Shown piece after piece: positions 1 to 12,400 of a stretch of DNA of 64,000 nt. The notes under the pieces are model-generated. The model ran no database searches, was not told where the DNA came from, and saw nothing but the letters and a program-made list of their open reading frames with translations. The first letter of the stretch is position 1. Every line of letters starts with the position of its first letter. A program made the translations under genes and the position numbers. Source of the DNA: Camelus dromedarius (Eukaryota); NCBI RefSeq assembly GCF_036321535.1, contig NC_087447.1, positions 35,466,001-35,530,000 on the forward strand, read 5' to 3'.

Positions 1-904
1 GGTTCTGTTTCTCTCAAGGAGAACCTTGGCTAATACAGTGGACAATGTAAGGCATGTCATCAACTGATCTTATATTTGGCAGCATAGAATAGTTGTTGGA
101 ACAGGGGTACAAGTACCATGCCAGTAGCTCTGAAGGCAGGCATGGCTTGTTCTGACTAGGGGATCATGGAATGCTTTAGGAGGCAGTGGCATTTGAGCCA
201 GGTCCTGAAGGGTGAGAAGGAGTTCTGCAGGTGAAACAAGCAGGCCAACAAGCAATACAGGCTGGGGCACAGCATGACCCAGGGGCCTGGGAGGAGGGAG
301 GTGGAGCATGCCCTTAGTAGAGGGGCAGTCATCCAGCACTTTGGGAACACAGGTGTTTGGAGGGAGGGACTTGTGGAAGGCAAGGGAGCTAAGCACACCG
401 AACAGTCTAGGACTGGGGCCTCCTAAGATGTCCTCACCAGGTTTGGAGAAGAAACCATTCCTCCCTGCTTTTGTCTGGGAAGCTCCAACCCTGCGTGATG
501 TAGACGTCCTGCAGCTGGTCTAGGGGCTGGCTCCTCAGGTGCAGTCTGTCTTGCCTTCTCTCACCAGTGCCTCCAATTTGACGGCGAATAAAGTCAGTGG
601 TGAAAACAGAGCAGCCGTGTGGAGTACCTGGCGTGTCTTGGGACTCTGGTCTTTGTTGTCCAGGCGGAGGACGAAGCTCACCTCGTGAGCTAGCCGGCTG
701 TCTTTGTGCCCTTTGGCCCACACACATATACCTGTGACTCTGAACAACCTCTGGAAGTCCTTGGGAATGTTCACTTTTGAAGAGGCTGTGGGAGCCAGTG
801 AAGAGTGGAGCTGGGGTCATGCAGGCTGGTGCATCCTCTGCAGGGCAGTGACTGGGAGCACCGACTGTGGGCAGCTGTAGGCTCTGAGCCCGGGGTTTTG
901 TCTC

Positions 905-1035
905 TCTCTATGCTTTCCTCACCTGTAATTTTAGGATTATAGTAATATCTTCTCATGAGGTGTTTCTGTGGATTAAATGGGACAATCCATGTAAAGAGTT
1001 AGGTGTGAAGTAAGTGCTCTCAAAATATTAACTGT
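905..1035 (+). mobile_element. MIR SINE, 3' half
   Basis: tttcctcacctgtaa...ggattaaatggga...catgtaaagagttagg...aagtgctctcaaaatatta resembles the MIR core and tail. Confidence 0.7.
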
Positions 1036-1084
1036 TGTTGTTATTATTGTTGATATTATTATCATAATCACCATCATTACTGCA

Positions 1085-1250
1085 GCTTTGCCACTTACTA
1101 GCTGTGTGATCTTAAGCAAGTCATTTAACTTTTGTGACCTGTTTCTTTTTCTGTAAAATGAGGTTCACACTAATCATTCAGAGTTGATTAAATTATATAA
1201 CTAATTGGTAGTGCCTGTAAAATAGAGTTTTACATAGTCAGCTCTCAGTA
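1085..1250 (+). mobile_element. MIR SINE
   Basis: tttgccacttactagctgtgtgatcttaagcaagtcatttaac...ctgtaaaatgagg is the MIR core. Confidence 0.75.
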
Positions 1251-2256
1251 AATTCTTCCCAGCCCGTCACGTTTTTGTTCACTCTCTTTGCAGGCTGCTG
1301 CTTCTCTTTTTAGTTGGACAGCTCATGTTTGGAAATTTTATTCCTGTATTAACTAAAAAAATTCCAAACCTTTTGTTGTATGATATCGTTCATGATATGG
1401 CTTTGGAGACTTGGGAAATTTTACCAAAAAAATCCCCAGGATATAGAGCTAAATTCCTAGTTTAAAAAATTGTTAACCATATTAGTGGTCTTTGGTATTA
1501 GATAGATATTTTATTTGAAGACTCTGGTTTGGCATTCCAAAGGTGCCAAAAAATTAGATAGCACACTTCATTCTGACACTGAAGGTTTTCAGACATCATT
1601 AGTAAAGTTTAGACCAGGAAGATGCCTTAAAGATCATCCCTTCCAGCCCTCTTATTGCATGGATGGTGAAAGTTGGCCCCTAGAGGAGAAGGGACATGTT
1701 CAAAGTCATGTAGCCCAGGAGAGAAGCCAGGATTAGGATCCAGGTCTTATGAGTTTCCGGTCAAATCTTCCTCTCTTCTCCAACTCATTTCATCTGTCTT
1801 CTGCATTGCTCTCATCTACTCTCTTCCTTTATTCCCCTAGTTTAAATGTATCGTGTCATGTGATGCAATGTGCCAGATACTATACTCAAATCTACAAAAA
1901 TCCCAAAATCCAGTGGTGAAGGCTTCAGTGCTCTTCCTCTTCTTTATCAGTAGAGTCATTGGTAGGTGAGAGTTGGCAGAGAAGATCTGACAAATTTGTA
2001 GAACCTGGGGTGGAATGATGGAAATCTTTGGTAAGGCTGAGGTGTTCAGTTTGGGAGGATGACAGCCATAGTGGCTGACATTTACTGTTTTGTGTCATGC
2101 ACTTTATGCAAAAGTAACCGTGCAACAGCCCTACAAGAGTGGTGTTATTATTCCCATTTTTCAGGTGTTGAGTAATTTGCTCAAGGTTATAGAGCCAGCA
2201 AGTGATCAAGTTTAGTAGTGGTGAGCAAAAAGTAGGTAGATAGAGATGGTTAGACT

Positions 2257-2640
2257 GTTCATTTGTTCATTCAGGCAACATATTTTATTGAGCATCTACT
2301 TTGTGCTGGGTGTTTTTCTAGGATACAGGGGTGAGCAAAAACTGTCCCTGCAGTCATAAAGCTGACTCTGGAGAAAGAGACAGCCTTTAATCAACAGTCC
2401 TCATGATGAGTGTACATTTATAAACTGAGATAGGTGCTCCCAAGAGGAGGAACACAGTTCTCTGAGATCATTGCACAGAAGAATCTGATCTGGGTTGAGA
2501 CTAAGCAGAGTTGAAGAGTGAGTAGGAGGTGACTAGGTGAATGGGATCACAGATGGAGGAGACAGCAGGGACAGAGGGAAGTAGCGTAGAGGCCTTGAGG
2601 AGGAGCAGGATGGCACATCTAAGCACAGGAAGCAGCCCCA
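2257..2640 (-). mobile_element. L2 LINE 3' fragment
   Basis: ttcatttgttcattc...tattttattgagcatctactttgtgctggg is the reverse complement of the L2 3' tail. Confidence 0.7.
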
Positions 2641-4134
2641 TGTGCCTGTGTCCAGCACCCTAGCTGTGAGCTCTTTCCCGTCTCTCCTCCTTGAATGGGG
2701 AGACTAAACTAGGTGACTCTTGGGCAGTTAGTTCTGTGTTCAAAGTCCTTGGTTATTACCATCAAGTGCCTTTTATATAAAGTCCTTGTCAACATGGCAG
2801 AACAAAGGATGGGTTTACAGAAATGAGGTTCTTAGACTCTAAGGACTTAGAATTAATAACCTTGAGAGTAAGTGGTATTTATAAACAGATATATTATAAG
2901 TATAACTCATAGGTACAGAGTGGCTTCCTTCTCATATGTGTGTGTGGCTATGGATGTTTGTATATTCCAGAAGGCTTTATACCATCCTGGAGCATCCAAG
3001 GTGGGAGAGACTGAAGAGGTTATATGGCCTTTTCTCTGCCTGACCCATGGGATTCTTTTTATAACAACCACTTCTATTTGCTAACTCCAGCTTGATATCT
3101 TCAGTGACATTCTGTTCCCTTCTGGGACAGATTATGCTAAGACAATATGGGTGTTCCTTACACTACTCTGTAATCTGTCCTCTTGTCACCTTCAGGGCCC
3201 CTTTCCCCGGAACAGGGAAGAAATTCCCCTTCCCTGAGGAGTCCAAATGCTGCTGGAGCAGCTTCTCACTGTGCCTGTGGCTGTGGCTACAGAACCTCCT
3301 TTACCAGCATCCCAGGCAGCCCTCTGGATGGTACAGGAAGCTGGCTCTGTGACTATTTCCCAACCACCCACCATCCTGAGTCTCCTCTGACCCCAGAGCA
3401 CCCCAGGCCTTTGTACCTCGTCGTCTTTCTCCTCATTCACTCCCTTGTTATTTGTATTTGACTGTTTGATGTTTGCAAAAGGCCCTAGAAGAGTTAGATC
3501 ATTTGGTAACGAGATAACACTGCAGGATTCCCACCAGCGGAACCCCTAATCTAGTGTCTCTGCCCCTTTGTTTCCTTTAATGGCACCACCACCTTCCCAC
3601 TAACCTTGAAATCCTGAAATCTTAGAGTGCTGTTTATCTCCTCCTGTTCCTTTTCTCTCACATTGAATGGGGTGCCAAGCCTTGCAGATTCTTACCCATC
3701 ACTGCCCCCCACCCCCGCCCCATGACTTCAACACTAGCTTCAGCTGATGCATTTTAGGCTTGTGTCATTGTAGCGGCTTCTCTCCTTCCTTCCTTTCTTC
3801 CCTTTTCACCTACTCCTACTGTGACTTATCCCCTCTCCCCACTCCAAGAACCTTCTCCCCATCAGTAAGATGGGGCTGGTAAGAGCACCTATCTCACGAG
3901 GTTGTTGGAAGGGGTAAACAGGATACTGCATAGAGAAGGCTTAGAACAGTATATAGAGAATTCCTACAACAGAATGCTCAGGCACATAGTAGGTGCTTTG
4001 GAAGGTAGTGTTAGCCGTGAGTATTATTATTCCTGGCCCCCTCCAGTCCTTTGCCAAATGTACCATCTCAAAACATTCATTTCATCAGGCCTCACCCCTG
4101 CCCAGAAGTCTGCAGTCTCCCCGTGGTCCATTTA

Positions 4135-4405
4135 GCAGTAGACCCTATCATGAGCATGCAAGATGAATTGCCAAGGTGTGGGAAGAGAAATTTCTGACTT
4201 CTTTTATATGTTTTTATCTCATTCTTTTAAATTTTCTACTTTTGGATTATGTTTTACACTATAGTTTTGAATTAGGGTAACTTTATAATTCACAGATGTG
4301 TATAATGCAAGTATGTACTTCAGTAAACAAATATACATATATTGGTGGTATGTTAAAAAATGTTTTGCTGATAAGGGAGTGCAACCAAACGAGTATGGAA
4401 GTTCT
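4135..4405. mobile_element. Old hAT-Charlie-type DNA transposon remnant
   Basis: AT-rich core ending tgctgataagggagtgcaaccaaacgagtatggaag, resembling a Charlie-family terminus; subfamily uncertain. Confidence 0.4.
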
Positions 4406-5289
4406 GGTCCAGACCCCAAGCCTGGTGTTTCCCTGTAGTGGCCCCAGACTGGCATCCTGGACTCGCCTCCACCTCCCTGACTTGTGACCCGCACTCCCTC
4501 CACCTGCCCCACCTTGTACCTTTGGATTTCTGCCATTGCTTAGCCCTCTTCACACTTCTGGAACATTCTCCCTGATCTTCTCATTTTCTTCTTCTATCTA
4601 GAAGTTCAGTTAATACTACTTGTTCCATCAAGCCTGCCAGGACACTTCCAGCTTGGAATGCTCCCTCCACGCTCCTTAGATATTCTTTGTCAGTACCACT
4701 CACCTGGCCTCGTGGTTTTCTTGGTTGCATTGGGATCCTTGGCCATGTATGTTTCTTGGCTCCCTTGTTATTCTATGTTAATTCTCTCATGGACGTGCCT
4801 TTAAATTATATTTTACTTTATTTTGTGCTATTTGTCATTTCTCCCATTTATCTGGAGACTCATACCTATATTTGTTGGATGATATTAATATATCTATTTT
4901 TTATCACAGTAATATATAATTATTTATTCCAAGGAAAAGATTAGCTTGTTGCCTTTGGGATCTAAATATCCTTGGATTTGAAAGCATGCTTCAGGTGAGG
5001 CAGACATTTATCTATAGTGCACTAATGAAGATCTTTTGTATGTGGATTCACTGTATTCCTTTACTACAAGTGACCTAAAATTATAATCCTTCTGTTTAAC
5101 GCCTTTATTTCAGTGCTTATAGTTCTGAGTTCTGCATGGTCTCCTGGGAAGGAGGCTGTTCTAGTGAGACAGCTGGATGGTACACAGAACATATCCATTT
5201 AATCTGAGTTCCCCTCCTCCTCAAACACTGTAAGAATAGCTGTTTCATCAGCCAGGTTTCATCAGCAGCTGTGCAATCATTGGCTCTGC

Positions 5290-5475
5290 CGTTGGTCTTG
5301 GAATCAGAAGACAGAGGTTTAAATCTTGCTTTTACCACCTGTTGGTTTCTTGAACTTGATCAAATCATTTAACCTCTCAAGTTGTCTAGTGTCATCTATA
5401 AAATAAACTTAATAATCTATTTGTCACAGAATTTGTATGAAAATTTTTTGAGATCTAGTGTCTATAAATGTGCTG
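5290..5475 (+). mobile_element. MIR SINE
   Basis: ggaatcagaagacagaggtttaaatcttgct...aaatcatttaacctctc...catctataaaat. Confidence 0.65.
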
Positions 5476-7479
5476 GGCACCTGGGAGGTGGTCAGCAAAG
5501 GAAAGATAGAAGAGTCTCTTCTGTCCCCCATGAGCCTTCTAATGCAGAGTGTATATGGGGGAGAAACAGACAGACAGCTTCAGGGTATATACCTCCGTGG
5601 CTGAACAAACTTAGGCTGGAGCCCGAAGGCTGGTCATGTGGTCAGCCTCGTTGTCTCTGATAAAATGTCTGTGGCCTCCCCAGGGAGCAGGAAGATTAAT
5701 TAATTAATCTTTGTAAAGTGCTTTAAAGGTGGGAAGTGCTACATAAGTGGAATGGTTGAATTGCTGTTGGAAAGGTAATCATGGTAGCACCATATTCTGG
5801 CAGTCTTGAACGTCAAAACAATCAATAGCAGAGAAAGTTCTAAGATGTTTTACTTGATGAGAAAGGATTCATTGTTGGGGGTTGTGATAACCCAATTCTT
5901 TCTGTAGTCCTGCAGATAGCAACTTGCCCGTTCTTCCCAACAGAGGAATGCTAGTGTCCTTTAAGAGGTAACAGCGTCATCCTCTGGCTTCTTGGGCACC
6001 TCCTTGCTAAGACAGTCTGGTTGTAAATCCCAGTCAGCTCAAGTAGAAGGACAGTTTGCCAGGTTGGGGTGCTTTGTGGGTCCTGGGCATGTGGGCTTTT
6101 TTGTTCTAATCCTACAGAAGTGAAGGAAGAGTGTTTAGAGGTCATGCCGTGTTGTGGACGAGTGTGAATAACCAACGCAGAGTGGTACCGTGGGCTAGTA
6201 GAAGGAGATGTGGCTTAGCTGGTCACTTCTCTGAACCTTAATTTTCTCTCTTGTTAAAGGATCATAGTAGTGAGGAGTATGGTAACAAAGGCGGCTCACA
6301 GGAGGGAGGGTTCACCCATTCTGTGGAGAATTAAGGAGTCAAGAAGTGGTTTTGCAGAACCGGTGGCCCATGAGCTGGACTCTAAAAGTTGAGGCATGGT
6401 TGGTCAGATGAATAATGTAAAGGCATCCACGGCAAATGGTCAGCACACATGAGCCATGAAAACCACATCTGAATGGACCCACTCTCTGTTCTTGTAATAC
6501 ACCTGGCAGCCCATGGGTTGCCCAGACTTTGTTCCCTCTTTGAGGAAGCCTGGAAGTCACTTCCATTGAACTTCTTGGTATCCACACTGGTGTCCGTGTG
6601 CAGGCTGGTCCTGAGAACTGTGTCCCCGCAGAGCCCTGGATCCCTTCAGAATCCTGACATTTCCCCCATGAGTCTGGTTGTTTTTAGCTGACGCTATAAA
6701 CCATATGTTGAATATGGGGCCAGATGAAGCTTTGATACTAAACACAGAGTATGTAGTAGATTTGTCTAGAATTTAATATGCGTTACTTGGTGTTTTGTCT
6801 CTCTTTGTTAAAATAAACATGTATAAAGAATTTATACAGCGCACATGGTTATGCATATTTATTGCAGAGACTCTGTTAATAATCTATGCCTCATCAGATT
6901 TTGCATTTCTGTTGAAATAACAAATGCGCCACTTGGTATAACTGAGTAAGTTTGGTGGATTCTCCCTTATCTGTGAGAAGAAAGGCCATTTCTTTTTTCC
7001 AAATTTCATTTTCTTTAGTCATCTTTAGCACTGGCCAGCTTCCCAGGTGGTGCATCTAGGGGACTGAATGCTTTTCTAGCTCTAAATGATTTTGTCTTTT
7101 TCTCCTTCTCTCACTCCCTTCCCTCTAGCACACATAGACACTTGCATTTGGGACTATTAGAATTGCTCCTCTGGGTAAGAGCATAGTCTCTGAAAGGTTC
7201 TCTATGTTACATGGAGGGGAAAACACATGAAACTGGCCCTTAATTGAGCTCAGAGTAAGGCCCTGAGAGATTGTGGCCTGGGGCAAGTCAGGAGCCTGGG
7301 GAAGTTCTAGGTGGCTGGTGGCTGGTGGGGGTTCTGGATTGCGTGAGAGGGAGGAGACCCTGAGAACGGACGTTATCTGTCCCTGAAGAGTACAGGGAGG
7401 GAAGAGGGTGGGTGGGCTGTATAGCATGGTCAGAGTGTTCTCTGTGGCCGTGTCCACACCTGCTAAAGTGCAGGAGCAC

Positions 7480-7620
7480 AGGCTATAGAAGCAGCCTTGG
7501 TTGGAATCCAGCTTTGGCAGTCACCACTTGTTTGATCCTGGTCAAGTCATGCACATCACCTCTCTGAACCTCAGTTCCCACATCTGTAAACATGTGGGTA
7601 CGCGTGCTTTCTTTACAGGA
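7480..7620 (+). mobile_element. MIR SINE about 130 nt upstream of the exon
   Basis: ggttggaatccagctttggc...cctctctgaacctcagttcccacatctgtaaa. Confidence 0.65.
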
Positions 7621-7751
7621 AGATAGGAAGGCTCCCGCTATGTGGTATTGGTACTAAAATGAATGTTCACACTTTCTCTTGGAATTCTTTGCTTACCCAT
7701 GGGAGCACAGCTGTGGAATGTAGCCTTCATTCAAATAATGTTTGTTTCTAG

Positions 7752-7918
7752 AAACTGGCAAGGTGTTTACCTGGGGCCGAGCAGACTATGGTCAACTAGG
7801 GAGGACATTGGAGTCTCATGAAGGCTGGAAACCGGAGAAGCAGGATTCATCCCTCCCTTGCTCCAGGACCTCGAAGAGCACGCCTTCGCCTCTGCATTGC
7901 TTAACGGGAGCAACTGAG
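7752..7918 (+). CDS. SERGEF: Internal coding exon of SERGEF (secretion-regulating guanine nucleotide exchange factor / DelGEF, RCC1-like repeats); probably orthologous to human exon 9
   Basis: Acceptor tttgtttctAG at 7750-7751 and donor GAG|GTagga at 7919; 167 nt, phase 1 in and phase 0 out. Translation (E)TGKVFTWGRADYGQLGRTLESHEGWKPEKQDSSLPCSRTSKSTPSPLHCLTGATE has the RCC1 WG..YGQLG motif. It closely matches human SERGEF as I recall it (ETGKMFTWGRADYGQLGRKLETYEGWKLEKQDSFLPCSRP...HCLTGATE). Exon number is from memory. Confidence 0.95.
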
Positions 7919-7974
7919 GTAGGAAGTGACCTCTTTCCACAGAGGTGATGCGTCTCTTTTCCTTGTCTTTCAGG

Positions 7975-8480
7975 GGAATGTTCACTGAAGACCTACTGTG
8001 TGCTTATAGTCCAGGCCATACTGTGGGCTCCACGCAGGAGCCTGAAAGTTCCTTGCCTCAAGTTGCTTGTGCTTTAATCTGGTAGAAAAGGCAGTTACCT
8101 GGATACCTGTGCCACAAAGCAGACTGTGTGTGACTCTTTCAGAGATTCTGGGGCCTATGGGTCCACTTCAAAGAGTGAGAGATGAGTTCAGGGTACAGGG
8201 ATTGGGTTGGGCTTCCAGAGGGACACGGCTTTGAGCTGTGCCTTAAAGGAGGGGTGAGACTTGAGTAGGAGTCCAACTGTACGGGAGGAGAGGACTTCCA
8301 GGTGGGCACAGCAGCTGGAGCAGAGTTGAGGGTAGGAAAGTGAGGAAGGTGTTTGGGGAACAGTGGTGGTTCCATTCGTCTGGAGCACAGGATGTAAGAG
8401 GGCGAATATGAGGTAATATCAGGAAGATGGGTTGAACCTGATCAGAGGGGCCTTTAATACCGAGCTGAGTATTTTGCACT
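7975..8480 (-). mobile_element. L2 LINE fragment
   Basis: cctactgtgtgc...ccttgcctcaagttgctt...ttgagctgtgccttaaagga...ccaggtgggcacagc is typical reverse-strand L2. Confidence 0.6.
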
Positions 8481-9034
8481 TCTGTTTATATTCCCCAGCA
8501 TAGAGAACATTGTAGTTCGGTTGCTTATTTAAGCCCCTTTAGTTCCCTGAAATGTCTTGAATTTCTGCATTGAAGGCAGGAATCTTAATTTCTCCAGGGT
8601 GTGTATTTCTGTTACTAAATTTTACTTTACTGCTGTCCTTAAAAAGAGAAAAGGCTAGGTTTTTGAGAAGAATGAGTATGGCCACTCAGGAAATGTGCCT
8701 CTGAACCCAAGTTGGCTTAATGAAGGAATTCAGTCTTCATTCAGTCTGTCCAAAAAATTAATAAGCTAGTGAGACTTCTGTAATTAGCATCAGACTAATT
8801 ACAACCCTCTCCATACCTAGAGGGCTTCCCTCTCCCCCGGGCCTGCCTGGCCTCCTCCTTCTGGGTATGTAGGGCGGTTCTCAATTTCTGCTTCACATCC
8901 CAGCCCTGGTCCTCTTGGGCCTTTCCTTAGTGCTGGGTTAAGTCTGTCTGTCTATCTCTCCCTCTTTTTCTTTAATTGTAAAGGCACTGAACAACACCAC
9001 AAGGATTAGACATGGTAATAATAATAGTAATAAT

Positions 9035-9460
9035 AAAACCACCCGTAATCTTAACATGCTAATACAACTACGTTCCTCTTTTGCATATGCACGTACATAC
9101 TTTACACAGTTAGAGTGATGGCATTTATAATGTTTTATATCCAGTCTTCATTTATTTTATCACAAATACTTTGCTTTGTTTCTTCTTGGTCTTTGAAGAT
9201 CATTTAGAGTGGCTGTATAATGTTGTATGATCTGAAGGTTCTGCGAGTTTCCAAAACATTCTGTGACTATTGGCCATTTAGATCGTTTCCCTTTTTTTTG
9301 TTCCTCTGGTGAATATTGCAGTGAATACTCTGTTGAACTGTTTCTCTAAGGCACAATCTTGGGGGTGAAATTGCTGGGGCAAAGGCTACAAGTGTCCTCA
9401 TGGCTTTTGCTGTATTTCTCTAGATTCTGTTTGAAAGCAGTTGACTCCACTGGCAGTAAA
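9035..9460 (-). mobile_element. Ancient L1 (L1ME-type) 3' end
   Basis: gtggctgtataatg...ggccatttagatcgtttcc...gaaattgctggggcaaagg resembles reverse L1ME 3' UTR. Confidence 0.55.
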
Positions 9461-12400
9461 TGCAGGAATGCGGTGCTTAAGCCGGTACTGTCTGCTTAGC
9501 AAGTGGAGGTGCTGAGAGCTTGGTACATGGTGCTTTAGACTCTTTAGCTTTCCTTTGTCTTTCCCAGAACAGTTAAGACTTAGTGGTCAGGAAGCGTACC
9601 AGAGGCACGGAGGTTCCATGGATCTTCCTGAGTCTCTGATTTTATTGGCAAGATGAGGATAATCAGACCAATCGCAGAAGGTCATTGATGAGGATTATGC
9701 CAAAACTCTTGGCACTCACCAGGCACTCAGTAACTGTTGAATCCTTTCTCTTCTTTCCCTTTGGAGCCTCTGAGTGCCCTGTGGTGGCCACGCTGTGCAG
9801 CACTGTGACAGCCCTGGCCCTGGGCAATCATATAGCTGAAGAGCCTGACGTTGGCGTGACTTTATTTAGCTTCTGAGCAGGGCAACTCAAGGAGTCGGCC
9901 TGAGCCCCGAGCCTGTGGCAGCTTCATTTTCATGCTCCCTTCCATCTCTGCCCCTGCCTCTGCGGTGCCAGTGCTGGTGCTGGTGTGTGTACTCACAGTC
10001 TCACCACAGGCTCAGACTCCAGGCTGTTTCCTGTTGCTGCACTGGGTCTGGGAATTCTCTCTACTGTTGATGTCCAGGTCTGGCCTGTCAGGCATCTATT
10101 TTCTGGAGGCCCAGAGCTAGGCCCGTGGGCGGCTATAAGCTGGTAGGGGTAGGTTCTCTTGGAAAAGACAAGAGCCACACTAAACCAGGTAATACCCTAG
10201 CAGGGGCTGGGCCAGGGAGGTGCACAGACACCTGGGAGACAGCAATAGGCTTGAACTAAGCTGATAATTCCTGACCTTCAAGGATCTGAGTGTGGCCCAT
10301 AACTGAACAGTTGTCTTCTTCTATGTCCAGGGATAAGCAGAAGGAGGAATGATATGTCTGGGCTGGGGCCTCAGGTAGGATGTCTGCCCAGAAGGGTCCA
10401 GAGAGACAAGTCAAACAGGAGGGAAAGCACAGGTAGGCAGAGCTTTCTGTGACTACCCTCTTCTATGAACAAAAGAAAGCAAATAAACACAATGTTGCTT
10501 AGTGGTTATTATGGGCCAGGCAGTGTTCTAAATGCTTTACATGCATTATTTCATCTTCACAACAGACCTGGGCACAGGTGTTATAAGCACTGCCTTAAGC
10601 ATAAGGCGACTACTGAGTAAGTCTTCGACCCCAGATCACACAGTAGGTAAACAGTGGGGCTGGGGCTTGGGCTGAGAACTTGAAGCTCGCATGCTTTGTG
10701 TGCAGATGAAGCAGCGCTGCATAAGTGCCTTCACCTGTATAAAAGCTCTGGAATCAGGGTCTCTGACTCCCTGAGAGTCTTAGCTCTTTTCTTCTGAGCC
10801 ATGTCTCATCTCTAGTCTGAGAAAGACTTCGAGGTTTTAGATCAGGAGGCCCTTTATTCAGTTTTCTTACAGCGCTCAAGACTGTGTTTTGTGTACTGTC
10901 AGCTTTGCCTCAGCTACTGGGCCTCTCTAGCCACTCTTGGAAAATTCCATGGGGAGCACATTGGTTGGGATTAACCCCCCAGGCACACGTCAGGGCAGGG
11001 TATGTGGGAACAGGTTTTATTGCTTCCTGACAGCAAACATACGCCACAGCAGTTTTTGGCTTCCAGGCTCCAGGTGGGGCTACTCCCTGCCCGTTTCCTA
11101 TGGAGCACTGGCTCTAAACTCTGCCCGAAGGTGGAAGTCTGTACTTCACAGTCAGGCAGAAGTGTCTGTGCTCACTTGGTGGGTGCAGTGGGGCTTCCCC
11201 AGGGTTCTAAAGCAGCTGGAGCAGGGTACCTAGTGTTTTTAGTGGAACCATGGAGACCTGCTTGACTGAAGGTCAACAGCCTCTGAGGAGACAGGGGTCT
11301 GGGTTGGGAGTCAGAAGACCTGAGTTCTAGCCTTGGTTCTGCTCCAACTGGGTGAACTCAGGCAAGCCCCTTTCCTTCTGTACCCTTAATTCCCTGATAT
11401 GTAGGTTGGGGAATGGTAGACCAGGTGATTCCTAAAGTTTCTTATAGATTGAAGATTCGCTTCCATCTCTGATTCATATTTTATGGAAATGATCACTACT
11501 TAAATTTGTAATGACTCCTGCCTCTAGAGTCCCTCGGTATGTTAGCCAGGGTCACCCAAACCCTAGCTGCTGGCTTCCACTTTGGCAGACCTGGAAACGT
11601 TAACTGATCTAGAAGTTCCAGGCTTCAGTACTGCTTGAGCCTTGCTCTGCCTCTTTGCCTTGGCTCTGTTCTCTGCCCTTGTTCCTCATCCCTAGGGCCT
11701 CCTGTTCCAGTTTAGGTCATTGGGACTTAGTATGATGCTCCTACCTGGTCCTCCCAGGACTTGCAGTTCAGCTTTGACTCCCATCCCTGTGGCTGTGACC
11801 TTATTGCTGGGAGCAGGAGCAGAAGCAGGCAGGCCTTGGCGACTCCACCTTCCTGGATACCCCTCCCGCTACCCCCTTTGCTGGCTCTGTGTGTACTGTT
11901 CCACCTGTGTGCATGTCTCTTGGGTTTAGTCCCTTTTTGGTTATCAGCCCTTGCCCACTCTGTAGTCAACCTAGTGAAGATTGGTTGACACCTGCCATAT
12001 CCCTGTGTCAACCACACAGTGGTAGTCAGTGGGGAGGTGGATACAAAGATAAAGATTACATGTCTTTGCCCTCAAAGAACTTCCAGGTACCTAAATAAAT
12101 TCCATACCATGTAGAGTGAAAAGTGATATTAGAGGTATGTGTGAAATACCAAGGGAGCAGTGAAAATGGAATGATTTATTCTAAAGACATTAACAGAAAG
12201 AAATGCTTGAACTGGGTTCTTAAAAATGAGTAGGAGTTAAGCAAAAGGAGAAGGACATTCCAGGCAGAGGGAACAACATGAACTAAAACCATGAATGTGG
12301 ATCTGCTTTTAGATCCTGGTACAGTCAGGATGCCTGCCCCTTCCAGTGGTCCAGCCTAGTTTTGCAGTCTGGCTGTCTGCCGTGCCTGCCACATCACTGC

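Larger units (their letters stand above)
1..7751 (+). other. SERGEF: 3' part of the SERGEF intron upstream of the exon
   Basis: Ends in AG directly before the exon. Rich in MIR/L2 fragments; no RCC1-like coding segment seen. Confidence 0.8.

Noticed and set aside
7919..7973. Strong-looking acceptor ttttccttgtctttcAG 55 nt after the donor
   Set aside because: The implied 55-nt intron is below the usual mammalian minimum, and the downstream sequence is L2-derived with no SERGEF-like coding.
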